From: a virus
Taxonomy: Duplodnaviria; Caudoviricetes
Length of the DNA: 64,000 nucleotides
Strand: one strand, 5' to 3'
Virus record (IMG/VR): IMGVR_UViG_3300044710_000053
Coordinates: 1,769 to 65,768 of that record
Part shown: piece by piece, positions 18,252-27,515 of the stretch
Layout of the letters: every line of letters starts with the position of its first letter
How positions within the stretch are numbered: position 1 is the first letter of the stretch
Translations under genes and position numbers: made by a program
Notes under the pieces: model-generated
What the model was told of the DNA's origin: nothing
Database searches by the model: none
Seen by the model: only the letters and a program-made list of their open reading frames with translations

Positions 18252-18587
18252 TTACGGCGTCGTCGGGGTCGGCGTGCCCTTGAACGTGCCGATTAGTTGG
18301 AGAATGAGTTGCAAAATCGCGGCCCAATTCCCTGGATTGAACGCGAAGTCGGCCTTGGCCACTGATTTGGCTGTGGTAGCCGGTGGCGTGGTTTCCGTCG
18401 GGAAGTTGGCGAACTCGCCGGCAATCGTATCGACCAAAGTTTTCAGCGCCGCGGCCGTTGCCGGCACGCTGACGCCAACGGCAGTGACAACCGCTTCCGC
18501 TTCGGTGATGATGAGTTGGCCATCGTTGGCGTGGCCCAAGAGCCATAGCACGTACTGTTCAGGATTGACGGTTGCAGCTTTGGCCAT
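18252..18587 (-). CDS. Hypothetical protein with amphipathic C-terminal helix
   Basis: GGAGG SD, MAKAATVNPE...; ends NWAAILQLILQLIGTF. Confidence 0.65.
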   Translation of the reverse strand: MAKAATVNPEQYVLWLLGHANDGQLIITEAEAVVTAVGVSVPATAAALKTLVDTIAGEFANFPTETTPPATTAKSVAKADFAFNPGNWAAILQLILQLIGTFKGTPTPTTP

Positions 18588-18605
18588 GATGAGCCTCCGG
18601 GAATG

Positions 18606-18705
18606 AAAAAAGAGCGCGTCGCCGAAACATTCGGCAGGCACGCCCTTGAGGGGCAACGGCAGAATCTTGCGCCCGTAGCCTACTCTTTTGGCCCCTCGTT
18701 TGGCA
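18606..18705 (-). promoter_or_regulatory. Candidate promoter plus leader terminator heading the envelope block
   Basis: TTGCCA-18 nt-TAGGCT, then stem GGGCGTG..GCCGAA/TTCGGC..CGCGCTC with TTTTTT just before the SD. Confidence 0.5.
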
Positions 18706-18949
18706 AGCGCTTTTCGTCGGGTTCGCAGCGGCCCCGGTAAATCGCGCTGGCCGGAACGTCGCTCCCATCCGCTAGCAGCAGCTTGAGCCGGCACGGTTCG
18801 GGGCCGCGATTCTCGACTCGGAATCCGGCGAATCCAACCCACCGATCCGGCTTGACCCATTCAATCGCCATGCGTCCCTGCCTATAGAATCCTTCGCGCT
18901 CGGCACCGTTGCCGTTCGGTCGGGCGTCTATCTGTCGTCTTGCTTCCAA
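18680..18949 (-). CDS. Hypothetical protein
   Basis: ORF fills the gap on the operon strand. Confidence 0.45.
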   Translation of the reverse strand: MEARRQIDARPNGNGAEREGFYRQGRMAIEWVKPDRWVGFAGFRVENRGPEPCRLKLLLADGSDVPASAIYRGRCEPDEKRLPNEGPKE

Positions 18950-18963
18950 TCATCCTGCGGCGT

Positions 18964-19452
18964 TCACCGCCGAACGAATGAGTATCCGTCGATCCCTTCG
19001 CCAAAGTGGTCTCGGAAAATCCAATCGCAAACGAATCCGAGAGCGCTGAGAAATAGCTGGCCTTCAAGATTGCCATCTTCGACGGTCGTTGTGATCCTGT
19101 TGCGCCGGCCTTCCGATAGCTTTCCGGCCAACTTTTCGACCATCTGGCGGCCGAGGCCACGTCGCCGATGATCGGCCCCGACGCCTAAGTGTAGCAGGTG
19201 CAGCCGATCCTTATGCAGCTCGTAGACCATGAATCCTTGGACATTGCCGCCATCGGGCCGCAGATCGGCATCATAGACCATCCCGATACAATTGCGATTC
19301 CGCAAGCAATTTATGAAGTCATCCTCGCGCCACGGCGCGCCGAATCCTGCCTCTTCGATCGCTAGCACTTGCGGCATATCGCGCCGGATCATCCAGCGGA
19401 TATGCGGGAGCTTGATTGGATCCGCTTTCGATTTGGTTCGTCTGGTTGCCAT
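18964..19452 (-). CDS. rimI: RimI-like GNAT N-acetyltransferase
   Basis: HIRWMIRRDMPQVLAIE..F..PW...DF..CLRNRNCIGMV, GFMVYELHK, RRRGLGRQM (acetyl-CoA motif A); recalls planctomycete RimI. Confidence 0.85.
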   Translation of the reverse strand: MATRRTKSKADPIKLPHIRWMIRRDMPQVLAIEEAGFGAPWREDDFINCLRNRNCIGMVYDADLRPDGGNVQGFMVYELHKDRLHLLHLGVGADHRRRGLGRQMVEKLAGKLSEGRRNRITTTVEDGNLEGQLFLSALGFVCDWIFRDHFGEGIDGYSFVRR

Positions 19453-19461
19453 CTCTGCCGA

Positions 19462-19692
19462 TCAATCCTCAAGCCGCATTCCACCGCTTCGGCGTCTAGT
19501 CGTCAAGCCGATTTTGCGCCGGCAATAGCCTACCATGGGCCCGCGTGGCGTATGGTTCGCCAGAATGTTGGCGCAACGAATCTCAGCGGCGCGCTCACGG
19601 ATCAACCGGTCGTATTGCCGCTCCTCTTCGTCGCTACGCGGATCGGCGATGGCACCGGGCTTGGGTCGGTTGTTGTGGCGGCAGAGTTTCAT
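19462..19692 (-). CDS. Hypothetical protein
   Basis: Coupled ORF; IRERAAEIR. Confidence 0.5.
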   Translation of the reverse strand: MKLCRHNNRPKPGAIADPRSDEEERQYDRLIRERAAEIRCANILANHTPRGPMVGYCRRKIGLTTRRRSGGMRLED

Positions 19693-19937
19693 GGCTCTCG
19701 CTCCGGTCCTCTGCCCAACGCTTTGAGCAAGTCACGGTACGCTTCCCCGGCGACTTGCGGATGATCGCTCTTGATCGTCACGTAGATTTCTGCGGCGTCG
19801 GCGATGCCCTGTAGTCGGTTGCGGTCGCGGGCCGAATCCACCAGCTTTGTGAATCCAGCATGGTCGGCAATTAGATCAGCCAGCGTCCAACTGCGCATCG
19901 CTGTGAGTTGCTCATCGGTTAGGAATTGCTCAGCCAT
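19689..19937 (-). CDS. Hypothetical protein
   Basis: GGAG SD, MAEQFLTDEQL... Confidence 0.55.
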   Translation of the reverse strand: MAEQFLTDEQLTAMRSWTLADLIADHAGFTKLVDSARDRNRLQGIADAAEIYVTIKSDHPQVAGEAYRDLLKALGRGPEREP

Positions 19938-20238
19938 GCTCGACTCCCAGCGCATCGCGCAGTCGCTTCAAGTGAAACGCCGCAAAGCCCTGCTCCTCGG
20001 GCAAGCCGCTCAATTTCTTGCCCTCCAAGAAGGTTAGCAGCGAAGTCCAGCCGCCGCCCTGGTCGATGGGCCGCTCGGGTAGTTCGATGGCAGCTTTCAG
20101 CCGCTCGTTCTCCGCGCGGAGCGCCTTGTAGGCGTCAATCGCGTCCTGAACTCTCCGAGAGGTGCCATGCAACTTTACCCGTTGCAGCATCTCGGCGTCG
20201 GCCTCAAGTGCGCTCAGTTGCTCGTCGGTCAGTGGCAT
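19930..20238 (-). CDS. Hypothetical protein
   Basis: AGGAGG SD, MPLTDEQLSALE...LRAENERLK. Confidence 0.65.
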   Translation of the reverse strand: MPLTDEQLSALEADAEMLQRVKLHGTSRRVQDAIDAYKALRAENERLKAAIELPERPIDQGGGWTSLLTFLEGKKLSGLPEEQGFAAFHLKRLRDALGVEHG

Positions 20239-20440
20239 TTGGTTCCTCCTTCGCGTTCTGGTCGGCGTGACGTGCTTCGGCATAGGAGCCAGATTGGCAG
20301 TTACCAAGCAACTCGGCCGGCAATCCGAAACGACTAAGTATCTGCTCAAATGTCGGCTGGCTGGCATGTACTTCATGCCAAAACCGTATCTCTTCGGGTG
20401 ACATCTCGAAAGCATGTATCGGCCATTCCGGCTTGCTCAT
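20204..20440 (-). CDS. Hypothetical protein
   Basis: AGGAG SD, MSKPEWP... Confidence 0.45.
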   Translation of the reverse strand: MSKPEWPIHAFEMSPEEIRFWHEVHASQPTFEQILSRFGLPAELLGNCQSGSYAEARHADQNAKEEPNATDRRATERT

Positions 20441-20462
20441 GTCGGCTCCTATGGCTCCCAGA

Positions 20463-21542
20463 CTACAACATTGTTGGTTTCCCAATCATCGCTTTCAATT
20501 CCTTCACGCGCGCCTCGGCCATCTTAAGGTCATGGAGCGTCGCGTCGTACCTATTTCGCCACTCGGCCGCTGTTTCATAGTCGGTCGGCGCGGGGGCGGT
20601 GATCTGCTCGTCATCGGGATTGCGAGGCCACTGTGCCTGATAGGTATTTCCATTCGGCCTTTTCCACCGTCGCACCTTCGCTTGCGCCGCGCTCGTCTGC
20701 CGCGCTGCTTCGGTGATGACGGCTTGCTCGGTCGGCGGGGCGTCGGCAGGAGATGACGGCTGCTGTCCAGAGAGTCGATTCTTCTCCGCCTCTGGTCGCG
20801 GATCGCAATAGCCGCAATTGTTGAACCGCTCGCGTTCGCAGCCGTGCGGAGAACCGTTGCAAGTGTAGATCGCGCCCGAGAGCGTTTCTCGCAGATTGGC
20901 TATCGGCTCACGCGGCTCCAAGGCCAGAGCGGCTCTAACCGATTCGGTTTGGATATGGCAGGCGAGTTCCGCCTTCATCGCGTTGCCCCAGCGCAGCGCG
21001 GCTTTCGTTTTTTCTCGCTCGGCCAAAACAAAATTGAGGCAGTTACGAGACTTACGTAACCGCGCTACTTCGCGCGCCGCTTCCTCCAACTCCCGCACGC
21101 GCTCGACTAGTCGTGGCTGACAGAGGGAGGCAAACTCAATTGCGCATCGCTCCCAACTGTTTTTGGCCGCCGTTGAAATTCCCTCCCAGGGAAATGCCAG
21201 CGGCGGCTGGCAGTTGCATAGTTGCTCGCCCAGGCTCTTGGGACGCGGCGGCTCTGCCTCCTTAAACGGACCTCCGATTGCGGAACATCCTCCCGTGTGG
21301 TTGCACCGATGGCAGTTCCCGTCCCCGTCGGTGTCATAAATGCACTTCGGCGGCGGTTGCCAGTCCCAGCCGGCCGCATTTTGAGGGCAATCCGGCAGCG
21401 GCTCCGCGCGTTCTTCTTCGTCGCCATCAAGCTCATGGCTCTCTCCGTCGCCGTTCAGCACAACGAGCGCATCGCCAGGAGTGCGGCCGACAGCGAACCA
21501 GCGCCGACCGTCAAGGTTCAGAAATCCGCGTTCAATGCTCAT
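20463..21542 (-). CDS. Mosaic Cys-rich/coiled-coil hypothetical protein
   Basis: 359 aa, AGGAG SD; CIYDTDGDGNCHRC motif plus coiled coils. Confidence 0.65.
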   Translation of the reverse strand: MSIERGFLNLDGRRWFAVGRTPGDALVVLNGDGESHELDGDEEERAEPLPDCPQNAAGWDWQPPPKCIYDTDGDGNCHRCNHTGGCSAIGGPFKEAEPPRPKSLGEQLCNCQPPLAFPWEGISTAAKNSWERCAIEFASLCQPRLVERVRELEEAAREVARLRKSRNCLNFVLAEREKTKAALRWGNAMKAELACHIQTESVRAALALEPREPIANLRETLSGAIYTCNGSPHGCERERFNNCGYCDPRPEAEKNRLSGQQPSSPADAPPTEQAVITEAARQTSAAQAKVRRWKRPNGNTYQAQWPRNPDDEQITAPAPTDYETAAEWRNRYDATLHDLKMAEARVKELKAMIGKPTML

Positions 21543-21617
21543 TGTCTCGCTCCTAAGTTCCGCGACGGGCGACAGGGTTAAAATAATTCTCCGCGCGGCT
21601 CGACCAGCGACGGGCCG

Positions 21618-22775
21618 TTAAAACAAGTCCCTTTGATTCTTGGCCGGCTCGACTCCCGCGAATCCGTTGCGGTTTGCAATCCGCGCCTTCGCCATTTCGA
21701 TGTAGGCCGGATTCAATTCGATGCCGATGAAGTCGCGTTGCAGACGCTCACACACAAGCCCCACGGTGCCTGCGCCAGCGAAAGGGTCCAATACCTTGCA
21801 AGGCACCGGATCGCGTCCATGCTCGCACGTCGGCTCCCAGCCGGTTGTTGTGACCGACACGCCGGCCACGGTGTTGCCGCAACTGTTCCCGGTCCCGTCG
21901 TGGCCGTTGCGCTTCGTGAAGTCGTTGGGCCGCTCGCGCTTCAGCTTCTCGCGTTCCGTCACTCGCTGCCACGGCGCGCCGCACTCAGGGCAGCAGCCGC
22001 GCTCGGACGTGCCGGCCAGGATGAAGGGCTCGACTAGCTTCGTGGGGAACGTGGCGAAGTGTGCGCCGCTGTAGGGCTCGCTGGCGATTGTCCAGACGGT
22101 GCGGCGGTTGCGGGTTGCGCCCTCGAATCGTTCGCCTTGTCCGAGATTGCGCTTCGTCACGTTGTCATACTCGCTTGTGAAGCTGCTGCCGTTGAATCCG
22201 CCGCTTGGCTCCGCAATCGCCTCACTATCAAAGTAGTAATCCGCCGCCTTCGTTAGCAAGAAAATCTGCTCGTGCGCCCGCGTCGGACGGTCGCGCACGC
22301 TCTCGGGCATCGGGCTGGGCTTGTGCCAGATGATTTCCGAACGGAGATACCAGCCGTCGGCCTGCAAGGCGAGCGCGACGCGCCAGGGGATGCCAACGAG
22401 ATTCTTAGCTGGCAATCCGAATGACCGTTCTATGCCGACTTCTTGACCTTCGTGCATGTGCGCCAACTGACTATTCGGGCCTCCCCCATAAGTTCCGCCG
22501 CCCGATCTTCCGTTGGGGGCCGCATAGCTATCCCCCAGATTCAACCACAGCGTCCCATCCTTCCGCAGCACCCGCCGCACACCCCGAAACACTTCGACCA
22601 TCGTTGCCACGAATTCATCTGGCGTGTGCTCGCTGCCGATCTGGCCGTCAACGCCGTAGTCGCGGAGGCCGCATGGCTACCAGTATGGCGGCGAAGTGAT
22701 GCAGCAATGCACCGACTCCGCGGCCATACTGGCGAGTCCCTCCCTGCAATCGGCGGTGATAAACTCCACGCTCAT
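21618..22775 (-). pseudogene. N4-C/N6-A DNA methyltransferase (beta class) interrupted by a 9-bp insert with in-frame TAG
   Basis: ATG 22775 MSVEFITADCREGL...CCITSPPYW-TAG CCA TGC-GLRDYG; same frame continues with LWLNLGDSY, IIWHKP, HFATFP and VLDPFAGAGT. Confidence 0.85.
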
Positions 22776-22966
22776 CGTCCCTTCCTCCGTGCCCGCTCAC
22801 GCTTTTCGTCTTTGATCCCTTCATAGAAGCCGTCCATGAATCCTAGTTCCCAGAGCTCCGCATCAGAATATCCCATGTGCTTCAAGAGCCCTAAGCGGCG
22901 ACTCATTGTGCGCCCACGGGCTGCGCTCATTCGGTTGTGGATCGTGCGCCGGGTTCTCGGTTTCAT
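22772..22966 (-). CDS. Hypothetical protein
   Basis: GGAG SD; stop overlaps the methyltransferase ATG. Confidence 0.55.
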   Translation of the reverse strand: MKPRTRRTIHNRMSAARGRTMSRRLGLLKHMGYSDAELWELGFMDGFYEGIKDEKRERARRKGR

Positions 22967-23006
22967 CGGCTCGCTCCGGGCCGGGTGCGGGTGGTCATGC
23001 TGGGGC

Positions 23007-23198
23007 TCAGTCAATCGTGTTCGCGCACTTCGGACAACGATGTTCCAAGGACACAAGTTGAAAGCACGCATCGCAGAACGGTCCAGCGCCGCAATAGTCG
23101 CAGTAGAGCGAGCCATTAAACTTGCCGGCGTGGCCTGTCGGTTCGCCGCACTCGCAACACAATTCAGGTTCGGTTGCAATCTTGTCGCTCATCGTCAC
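23007..23198 (-). CDS. Small Cys-rich zinc-binding protein
   Basis: CCECGEPTG...YCDYC...FCDAC...CPKC. Confidence 0.6.
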   Translation of the reverse strand: MTMSDKIATEPELCCECGEPTGHAGKFNGSLYCDYCGAGPFCDACFQLVSLEHRCPKCANTID

Positions 23199-23599
23199 TC
23201 CTTCGCCCCGGTTGTGGTCAACTCGGTCACGACAAGTTTCAGGTACGGTTCCCCGTTAGGGTCTGTCACAAGTATTGCGGGCAGCAACGTCAAGTCCGTA
23301 TCGTTCGCTACTAGCTTTGCATCGGCAATACCGTCGAGCGCCGATTTTAGGCTCGCGTTGAAATTTGATTCGTCGCGGACACGTTTCTTGGTGAACACGG
23401 CTGTCGCTTGCACCGTCGCGGATTTCCACGGACCCTTGATCTTGGCTTCGCGCATTGCAGCCAATGTCGCCCATCCAGCAGCCTGCCGCTGGCTCTTAAT
23501 GGCCCGGCTCTTTGGCCCCCAGTGCTTGCCGTGCGGAGCGTTCGGGGAGAGTATCTTGGCCGGCAGATCGAGGATGATTTCTAGGCGGCTCTGGTTCAT
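23195..23599 (-). CDS. RusA-like Holliday junction resolvase
   Basis: LSPN N-terminal motif; RVRDESN...LKSALDGIADAKLVAND. Confidence 0.8.
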   Translation of the reverse strand: MNQSRLEIILDLPAKILSPNAPHGKHWGPKSRAIKSQRQAAGWATLAAMREAKIKGPWKSATVQATAVFTKKRVRDESNFNASLKSALDGIADAKLVANDTDLTLLPAILVTDPNGEPYLKLVVTELTTTGAKE

Positions 23600-23606
23600 G
23601 GTTCAT

Positions 23607-23807
23607 TCACCCTTCGTTTCTGGCTGCGGCATCCGACACGACGGCGCGACTCGATAGGTCAACCAGCTTCGCCAGTTCAGCCCGCGCGGCGCACAAATCC
23701 GCGACGGCTCTCTTGAATTCGGCTGGCATGGCTGGGCTGCTGTTCTCAGCCAGATTCACGAGGTAAGCCAATTCCGTATCGCTGATCTTCTGCGCTGTCT
23801 GGCTCAT
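23607..23807 (-). CDS. Hypothetical protein
   Basis: 66-aa ORF on the operon strand. Confidence 0.5.
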   Translation of the reverse strand: MSQTAQKISDTELAYLVNLAENSSPAMPAEFKRAVADLCAARAELAKLVDLSSRAVVSDAAARNEG

Positions 23808-23813
23808 GGGTCA

Positions 23814-24125
23814 CTAGTCCTTTCGCTCTTTCAGGCCGCACGCGCGAAGGAGTTTGGCGCGGAATTCCGCGTACTTTGGATCAAGGCAGCCATCGGCACA
23901 TACCAGCACTCGGTCTCGCAAGTGTTTGCCTAGACGCAATCGCGCGGCAGCAATAGAGAATTCAGACGTTCGCCAGTGACGCGCATTCGGCCGGACGTTC
24001 GCGACGGCTGTGATCGGGCACTCCTCCCCCTGGCCGGGCGGATAGCGACGCACATAGCCTCGCCCTCGCTGCAATTCCCAGCCCTTGATCTTCCGCAGCG
24101 CCGCAAAGAATTGTTTCTCTTTCAT
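23814..24125 (-). CDS. Hypothetical protein
   Basis: 103 aa; CPITAV and LLRACGL. Confidence 0.6.
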   Translation of the reverse strand: MKEKQFFAALRKIKGWELQRGRGYVRRYPPGQGEECPITAVANVRPNARHWRTSEFSIAAARLRLGKHLRDRVLVCADGCLDPKYAEFRAKLLRACGLKERKD

Positions 24126-24130
24126 CGGCT

Positions 24131-24784
24131 CTACCCTTTTGTGGGCTGCGTGGATTCGAGAACGGCCATCAATTGACGGCCGATGAATTGCGTATACGCC
24201 GGCGGAATCGCTTGGGCAAGCTGGGCCCGGCTAGTCATCCAGTCGATTCCCATAGCGGCTTCTGCCTCTTGGCGGTTGAAATTATGGCCAGCCACACACA
24301 CGAATGGATGCCGGCGGGAGTACCCGCGGTGCGATCCGGTTGATTCCTCATGCCGACGGTGTTCTGGCGTCATAACCAAAACGCTGCACTCGAATAGGCG
24401 GTGCCGATAGACTTTCAGGCCGAACATCGTCCCGCAAAGCATCGTTGGCGTCTTGAGCGGCGCGCCGATTACATTCTCGATTGCATAGGGCTTGTTCAAT
24501 TCGACTAGCCGGGCCCGAACTGTTTTCACGAGGTCAGGATGGTTTGCGCCACGATGCGCGTGAACTTTACTGGCGACTGAATATCTCTGACACGGGGGCG
24601 ATGCGTGGATCGCGTCAAACTCATGGCCATGCTCGGCAAGGAACTCCAACGCATCCGCCTGGTGGAACTCGAACGGATACCGCGGCTGCGGTCGGTTATC
24701 GACGCCGACAACCTCAAAGCCTGCGCGATGGTAGCCGACAGCGGACCCGCCAGCGCCGGAAAATAGGTCGAGCAGTCGTTTCAT
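24131..24784 (-). CDS. C5-cytosine DNA methyltransferase (short phage type)
   Basis: LLDLFSGAGG (motif I), HASPPCQ (IV), IENV (VI), RHRLFE, QAIPPAY. Confidence 0.9.
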   Translation of the reverse strand: MKRLLDLFSGAGGSAVGYHRAGFEVVGVDNRPQPRYPFEFHQADALEFLAEHGHEFDAIHASPPCQRYSVASKVHAHRGANHPDLVKTVRARLVELNKPYAIENVIGAPLKTPTMLCGTMFGLKVYRHRLFECSVLVMTPEHRRHEESTGSHRGYSRRHPFVCVAGHNFNRQEAEAAMGIDWMTSRAQLAQAIPPAYTQFIGRQLMAVLESTQPTKG

Positions 24785-24803
24785 GTAGATTCGAGTCCTA
24801 AAT

Positions 24804-25307
24804 TCAGTTGCCCAGCGGCCGGGGCGAGGGAGCGGGCATTTCCTTCCACTCGCTCAGCGTCCAGCCAAACTCAGGATCGCACGGTAGCGGCTCATCGGGA
24901 AAATGCCCTAACAGCACGATCAATCGCACCCAATCAAGTGTAGTCGCATCGAATTTCCACCGCGCCCAAAGCAGCAACCGCTCCGCGCCTGATACTTCCG
25001 AGTGGCAATCGTCGCCGCTGACAGTCTCACGGCAGAGAGGCAGTAGGGCGCATTCCTCGTCCGACTTTCTACCGCCGCACGTCAGGTGGTGAAGGTCGAT
25101 TACCAGCGAGCCCTGCGCCTTGCGTCCGCAGACGGCGCACCGCTGCCAGAGACAATTGGCTTTCAAGTCGCGCAGCAACGCCGGGTCTTTTACGCGAACT
25201 ACTTGGATCGGCAAGCGCGGATGCTCGCGGCGCACAACCGTGAGGGCTCGCTTGAATGAGCGGCCGTGCTTGTCACGGAGGTCGGCAGTAGTGGGCAGGC
25301 GGCTCAT
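24804..25307 (-). CDS. HNH-like / zinc-binding nuclease-like protein
   Basis: CAVCG...DLHHL...LLPLCR...CH. Confidence 0.6.
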   Translation of the reverse strand: MSRLPTTADLRDKHGRSFKRALTVVRREHPRLPIQVVRVKDPALLRDLKANCLWQRCAVCGRKAQGSLVIDLHHLTCGGRKSDEECALLPLCRETVSGDDCHSEVSGAERLLLWARWKFDATTLDWVRLIVLLGHFPDEPLPCDPEFGWTLSEWKEMPAPSPRPLGN

Positions 25308-25593
25308 CGGGTGGGCTCCAAGCGACGGATAATCTCATTGATCTTCTTCGTTTTCGAGCAAACGATTTCGATCCCAGCGTCGGCGCGGCACCGTTGAACG
25401 GATTCGACATGGCGGCGCAGAAACGACACCAGAAATTTCCTCTGCGCCTTTGTCAGAGGCAATCTATATTTCCCCATCTTCGCCCACTTCCGCTTCGTCT
25501 AGTTCATCCTCGCGCTCCTCGGACCACCGCAACCGTTCACGTCGAATGGCCTCTCGGTCACGGAAGCTGTTGAGGATCGCCTCAGAGCGTTCA

Positions 25594-25821
25594 TCATCGA
25601 CCGCCTTGACGTTCGACTGCATGGTCGCCCTCCTTCATTAAGAACGCTTGGGAAATGAATCCGTGGACCGCTGCGAAGTGAATCAGCGCCGCGACGACTT
25701 CCGGTTCAACGAAAATCTCGTTGCTCGGATCGGTTGGCAATCCGTTCTCGGTAGTCAAACGGATCGCATAGCCGATGTTTTCGACATACACGCTATCGCC
25801 TAGATATTCTTTATTGCTCAC
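25594..25821 (-). CDS. Phage hypothetical protein
   Basis: YLGDSVYV...LTTENG...IFVEPEV, a common phage pattern. Confidence 0.7.
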   Translation of the reverse strand: MSNKEYLGDSVYVENIGYAIRLTTENGLPTDPSNEIFVEPEVVAALIHFAAVHGFISQAFLMKEGDHAVERQGGR

Positions 25822-26024
25822 GTTGTCGGTTCCTCTTCTGGCGGATTCAACGCGCCGACCAACGCAGTCAGCGCCTCGCGGGATTTCTTGGCAGCGTCAA
25901 AGATCGCCTCTTCGCCGTGTTGCTCTAGCAACTCGCACAGGTCGAGCGCGTCGAGCAGCATCTTCGTTTCGCGCTTGTCGAGCTTGATCGTCGGTTGCTC
26001 GCCCGCTTTGGCTGAAATCCTCAC
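25818..26024 (-). CDS. Hypothetical protein
   Basis: AAGGA SD; coupled ORF. Confidence 0.55.
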   Translation of the reverse strand: MRISAKAGEQPTIKLDKRETKMLLDALDLCELLEQHGEEAIFDAAKKSREALTALVGALNPPEEEPTT

Positions 26025-26292
26025 GGAAGATTCCTTTCGATTAAAAAGCTCGCGCCGCCTGCGACTCTTTGAGGGCCGGACAGCGCCAGAAGAATCGCGC
26101 GGCGGCGCGAGTGGATCGTCCTGGGAATCGGCTGTCCGGCCAACGCGAGGATCTTATCCTCCGGCCTAATCCGTGTCAACAAGTTTTTTCTGCACTCTCT
26201 GGGCGCGGGGTGTCGGCTCCAAGAGCGCGAAGCGGTCAATTGCCGCGCTGGTACGTTGGTTCCGGCAGTCCCATCGCATCATCCTCGGTCGT

Positions 26293-26514
26293 CTACTTGG
26301 GGCGGTACGTTCCGTTCTTGATAGCCGACATCAAGAGGAACAGTCCTTCATCATCGTCCGGCACGTTCTTGAATCCGCGCTTGCGGAGTTCAGATCGAAT
26401 CGTCGCGTAGGCCGCTTTATGATGCACCGCGATTTCATCCGGTGTCATTTCAATGCCCTTGTCCGCAAGATGCTTGAGCGCGGCTTGCGTGTGTTTCTTT
26501 CCCAGAGGCTTCAT
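26293..26514 (-). CDS. Hypothetical protein
   Basis: MKPLGKKHTQ... directly after the upstream stop. Confidence 0.55.
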   Translation of the reverse strand: MKPLGKKHTQAALKHLADKGIEMTPDEIAVHHKAAYATIRSELRKRGFKNVPDDDEGLFLLMSAIKNGTYRPK

Positions 26515-26516
26515 AG

Positions 26517-26783
26517 TCAAATACCCGCGCCAGCGATAAATTCCCTGAGCATCCACAAATAGCACTCATCGAACGTGGCGACTTCTCCGCGCTCGTGTCG
26601 TTCGTAGCATCGCTCGCAAACCGCAATGCCGCCGCCACCAGATTCCCAAAGTGAATCGGGAAACTCGTTGCTCACAACGTCTCCATTGAAAACGGGAACG
26701 CTCCAACGATGCTCTGTCCAGCAATCGCACAAATGGCAGCGCACCTCGTGAGACTGCATCCTGATTTCCAGAATTTCGGCCAT
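26517..26783 (-). CDS. Zinc-binding hypothetical protein
   Basis: AAGGA SD; CHLC...VCERCY. Confidence 0.55.
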   Translation of the reverse strand: MAEILEIRMQSHEVRCHLCDCWTEHRWSVPVFNGDVVSNEFPDSLWESGGGGIAVCERCYERHERGEVATFDECYLWMLREFIAGAGI

Positions 26784-26911
26784 CGCATCATCCTTTCTGG
26801 CCAGTCGCGCCGGCGCTGGTATCACTTGGCTCTCGGTCGTCTACTCTTCTGCATGGCCTCAAACGAGCGCTGCCACGTCAGGTTCTTCCGGCGGCCCAAT
26901 CGTCAAGTCGT

Positions 26912-27505
26912 TCAGGTTTTTCTTTTGCCGAACTCAAATCGCGCCGATCGTGCCGTCGCAAGGTGTTCCTCGCGGAGCGGTCCTTCAATCGCGTCCAAGC
27001 ACTTCATGGCCTCAAACGTCCCCAACATGCCCGGCGTCATAAATTCTCGGTTGCCGTACCAATTCGAGCAGAGACACAAATCGCCGTTCAAGTCGAACGC
27101 CCAAAAACTTTCTTCCCATTCCGATTCACCGCCGCTGCTGTCGGTGAGGTCATCGCAAAAGACCGTCAGCCGACTGGCGATATACTTGTCGTCGAGCAAT
27201 TCTGGAATCTCCGGCAATCCGTGCATGATCGCTACAGGCTTTCCGGTCGCTTCCTTCAATTCTCGGCAGAGTTGCAATTCGCGCGGCAGCGGCCGAGTTC
27301 CCTTGATTTCCAACCAGCAATCAAGCCGCGACAACCAAAAGTCAGGCAGATATTTCCCGGAAGGAAGTTCGTAGCCTTCGACTTCGTACTCCCACGGCTC
27401 ACGGAACGAGTCGAAGAAAATCGCCACGCGGGCCTCAAGCCGTGAGCGAAATTTGTATCCGCGGTAGGTCGTGTCGATCGCTCGCGGTTCACGGTCTACT
27501 GCCAT
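26912..27505 (-). CDS. PD-(D/E)xK-superfamily nuclease
   Basis: YRGYKFRSRLEARVA...WEYE...YLPDFWL...WLEIKG. Confidence 0.85.
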   Translation of the reverse strand: MAVDREPRAIDTTYRGYKFRSRLEARVAIFFDSFREPWEYEVEGYELPSGKYLPDFWLSRLDCWLEIKGTRPLPRELQLCRELKEATGKPVAIMHGLPEIPELLDDKYIASRLTVFCDDLTDSSGGESEWEESFWAFDLNGDLCLCSNWYGNREFMTPGMLGTFEAMKCLDAIEGPLREEHLATARSARFEFGKRKT

Positions 27506-27515
27506 CGTTGAGTCC

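Noticed and set aside
16489-18546. 685-aa version of the protease
   Set aside because: The extension overlaps the 18252-18587 gene in another frame; the SD supports a start at 18141
22677-22679. Genome-wide amber recoding
   Set aside because: TAG ends several clear genes (for example 1029, 44704, 57627) and no suppressor tRNA was seen
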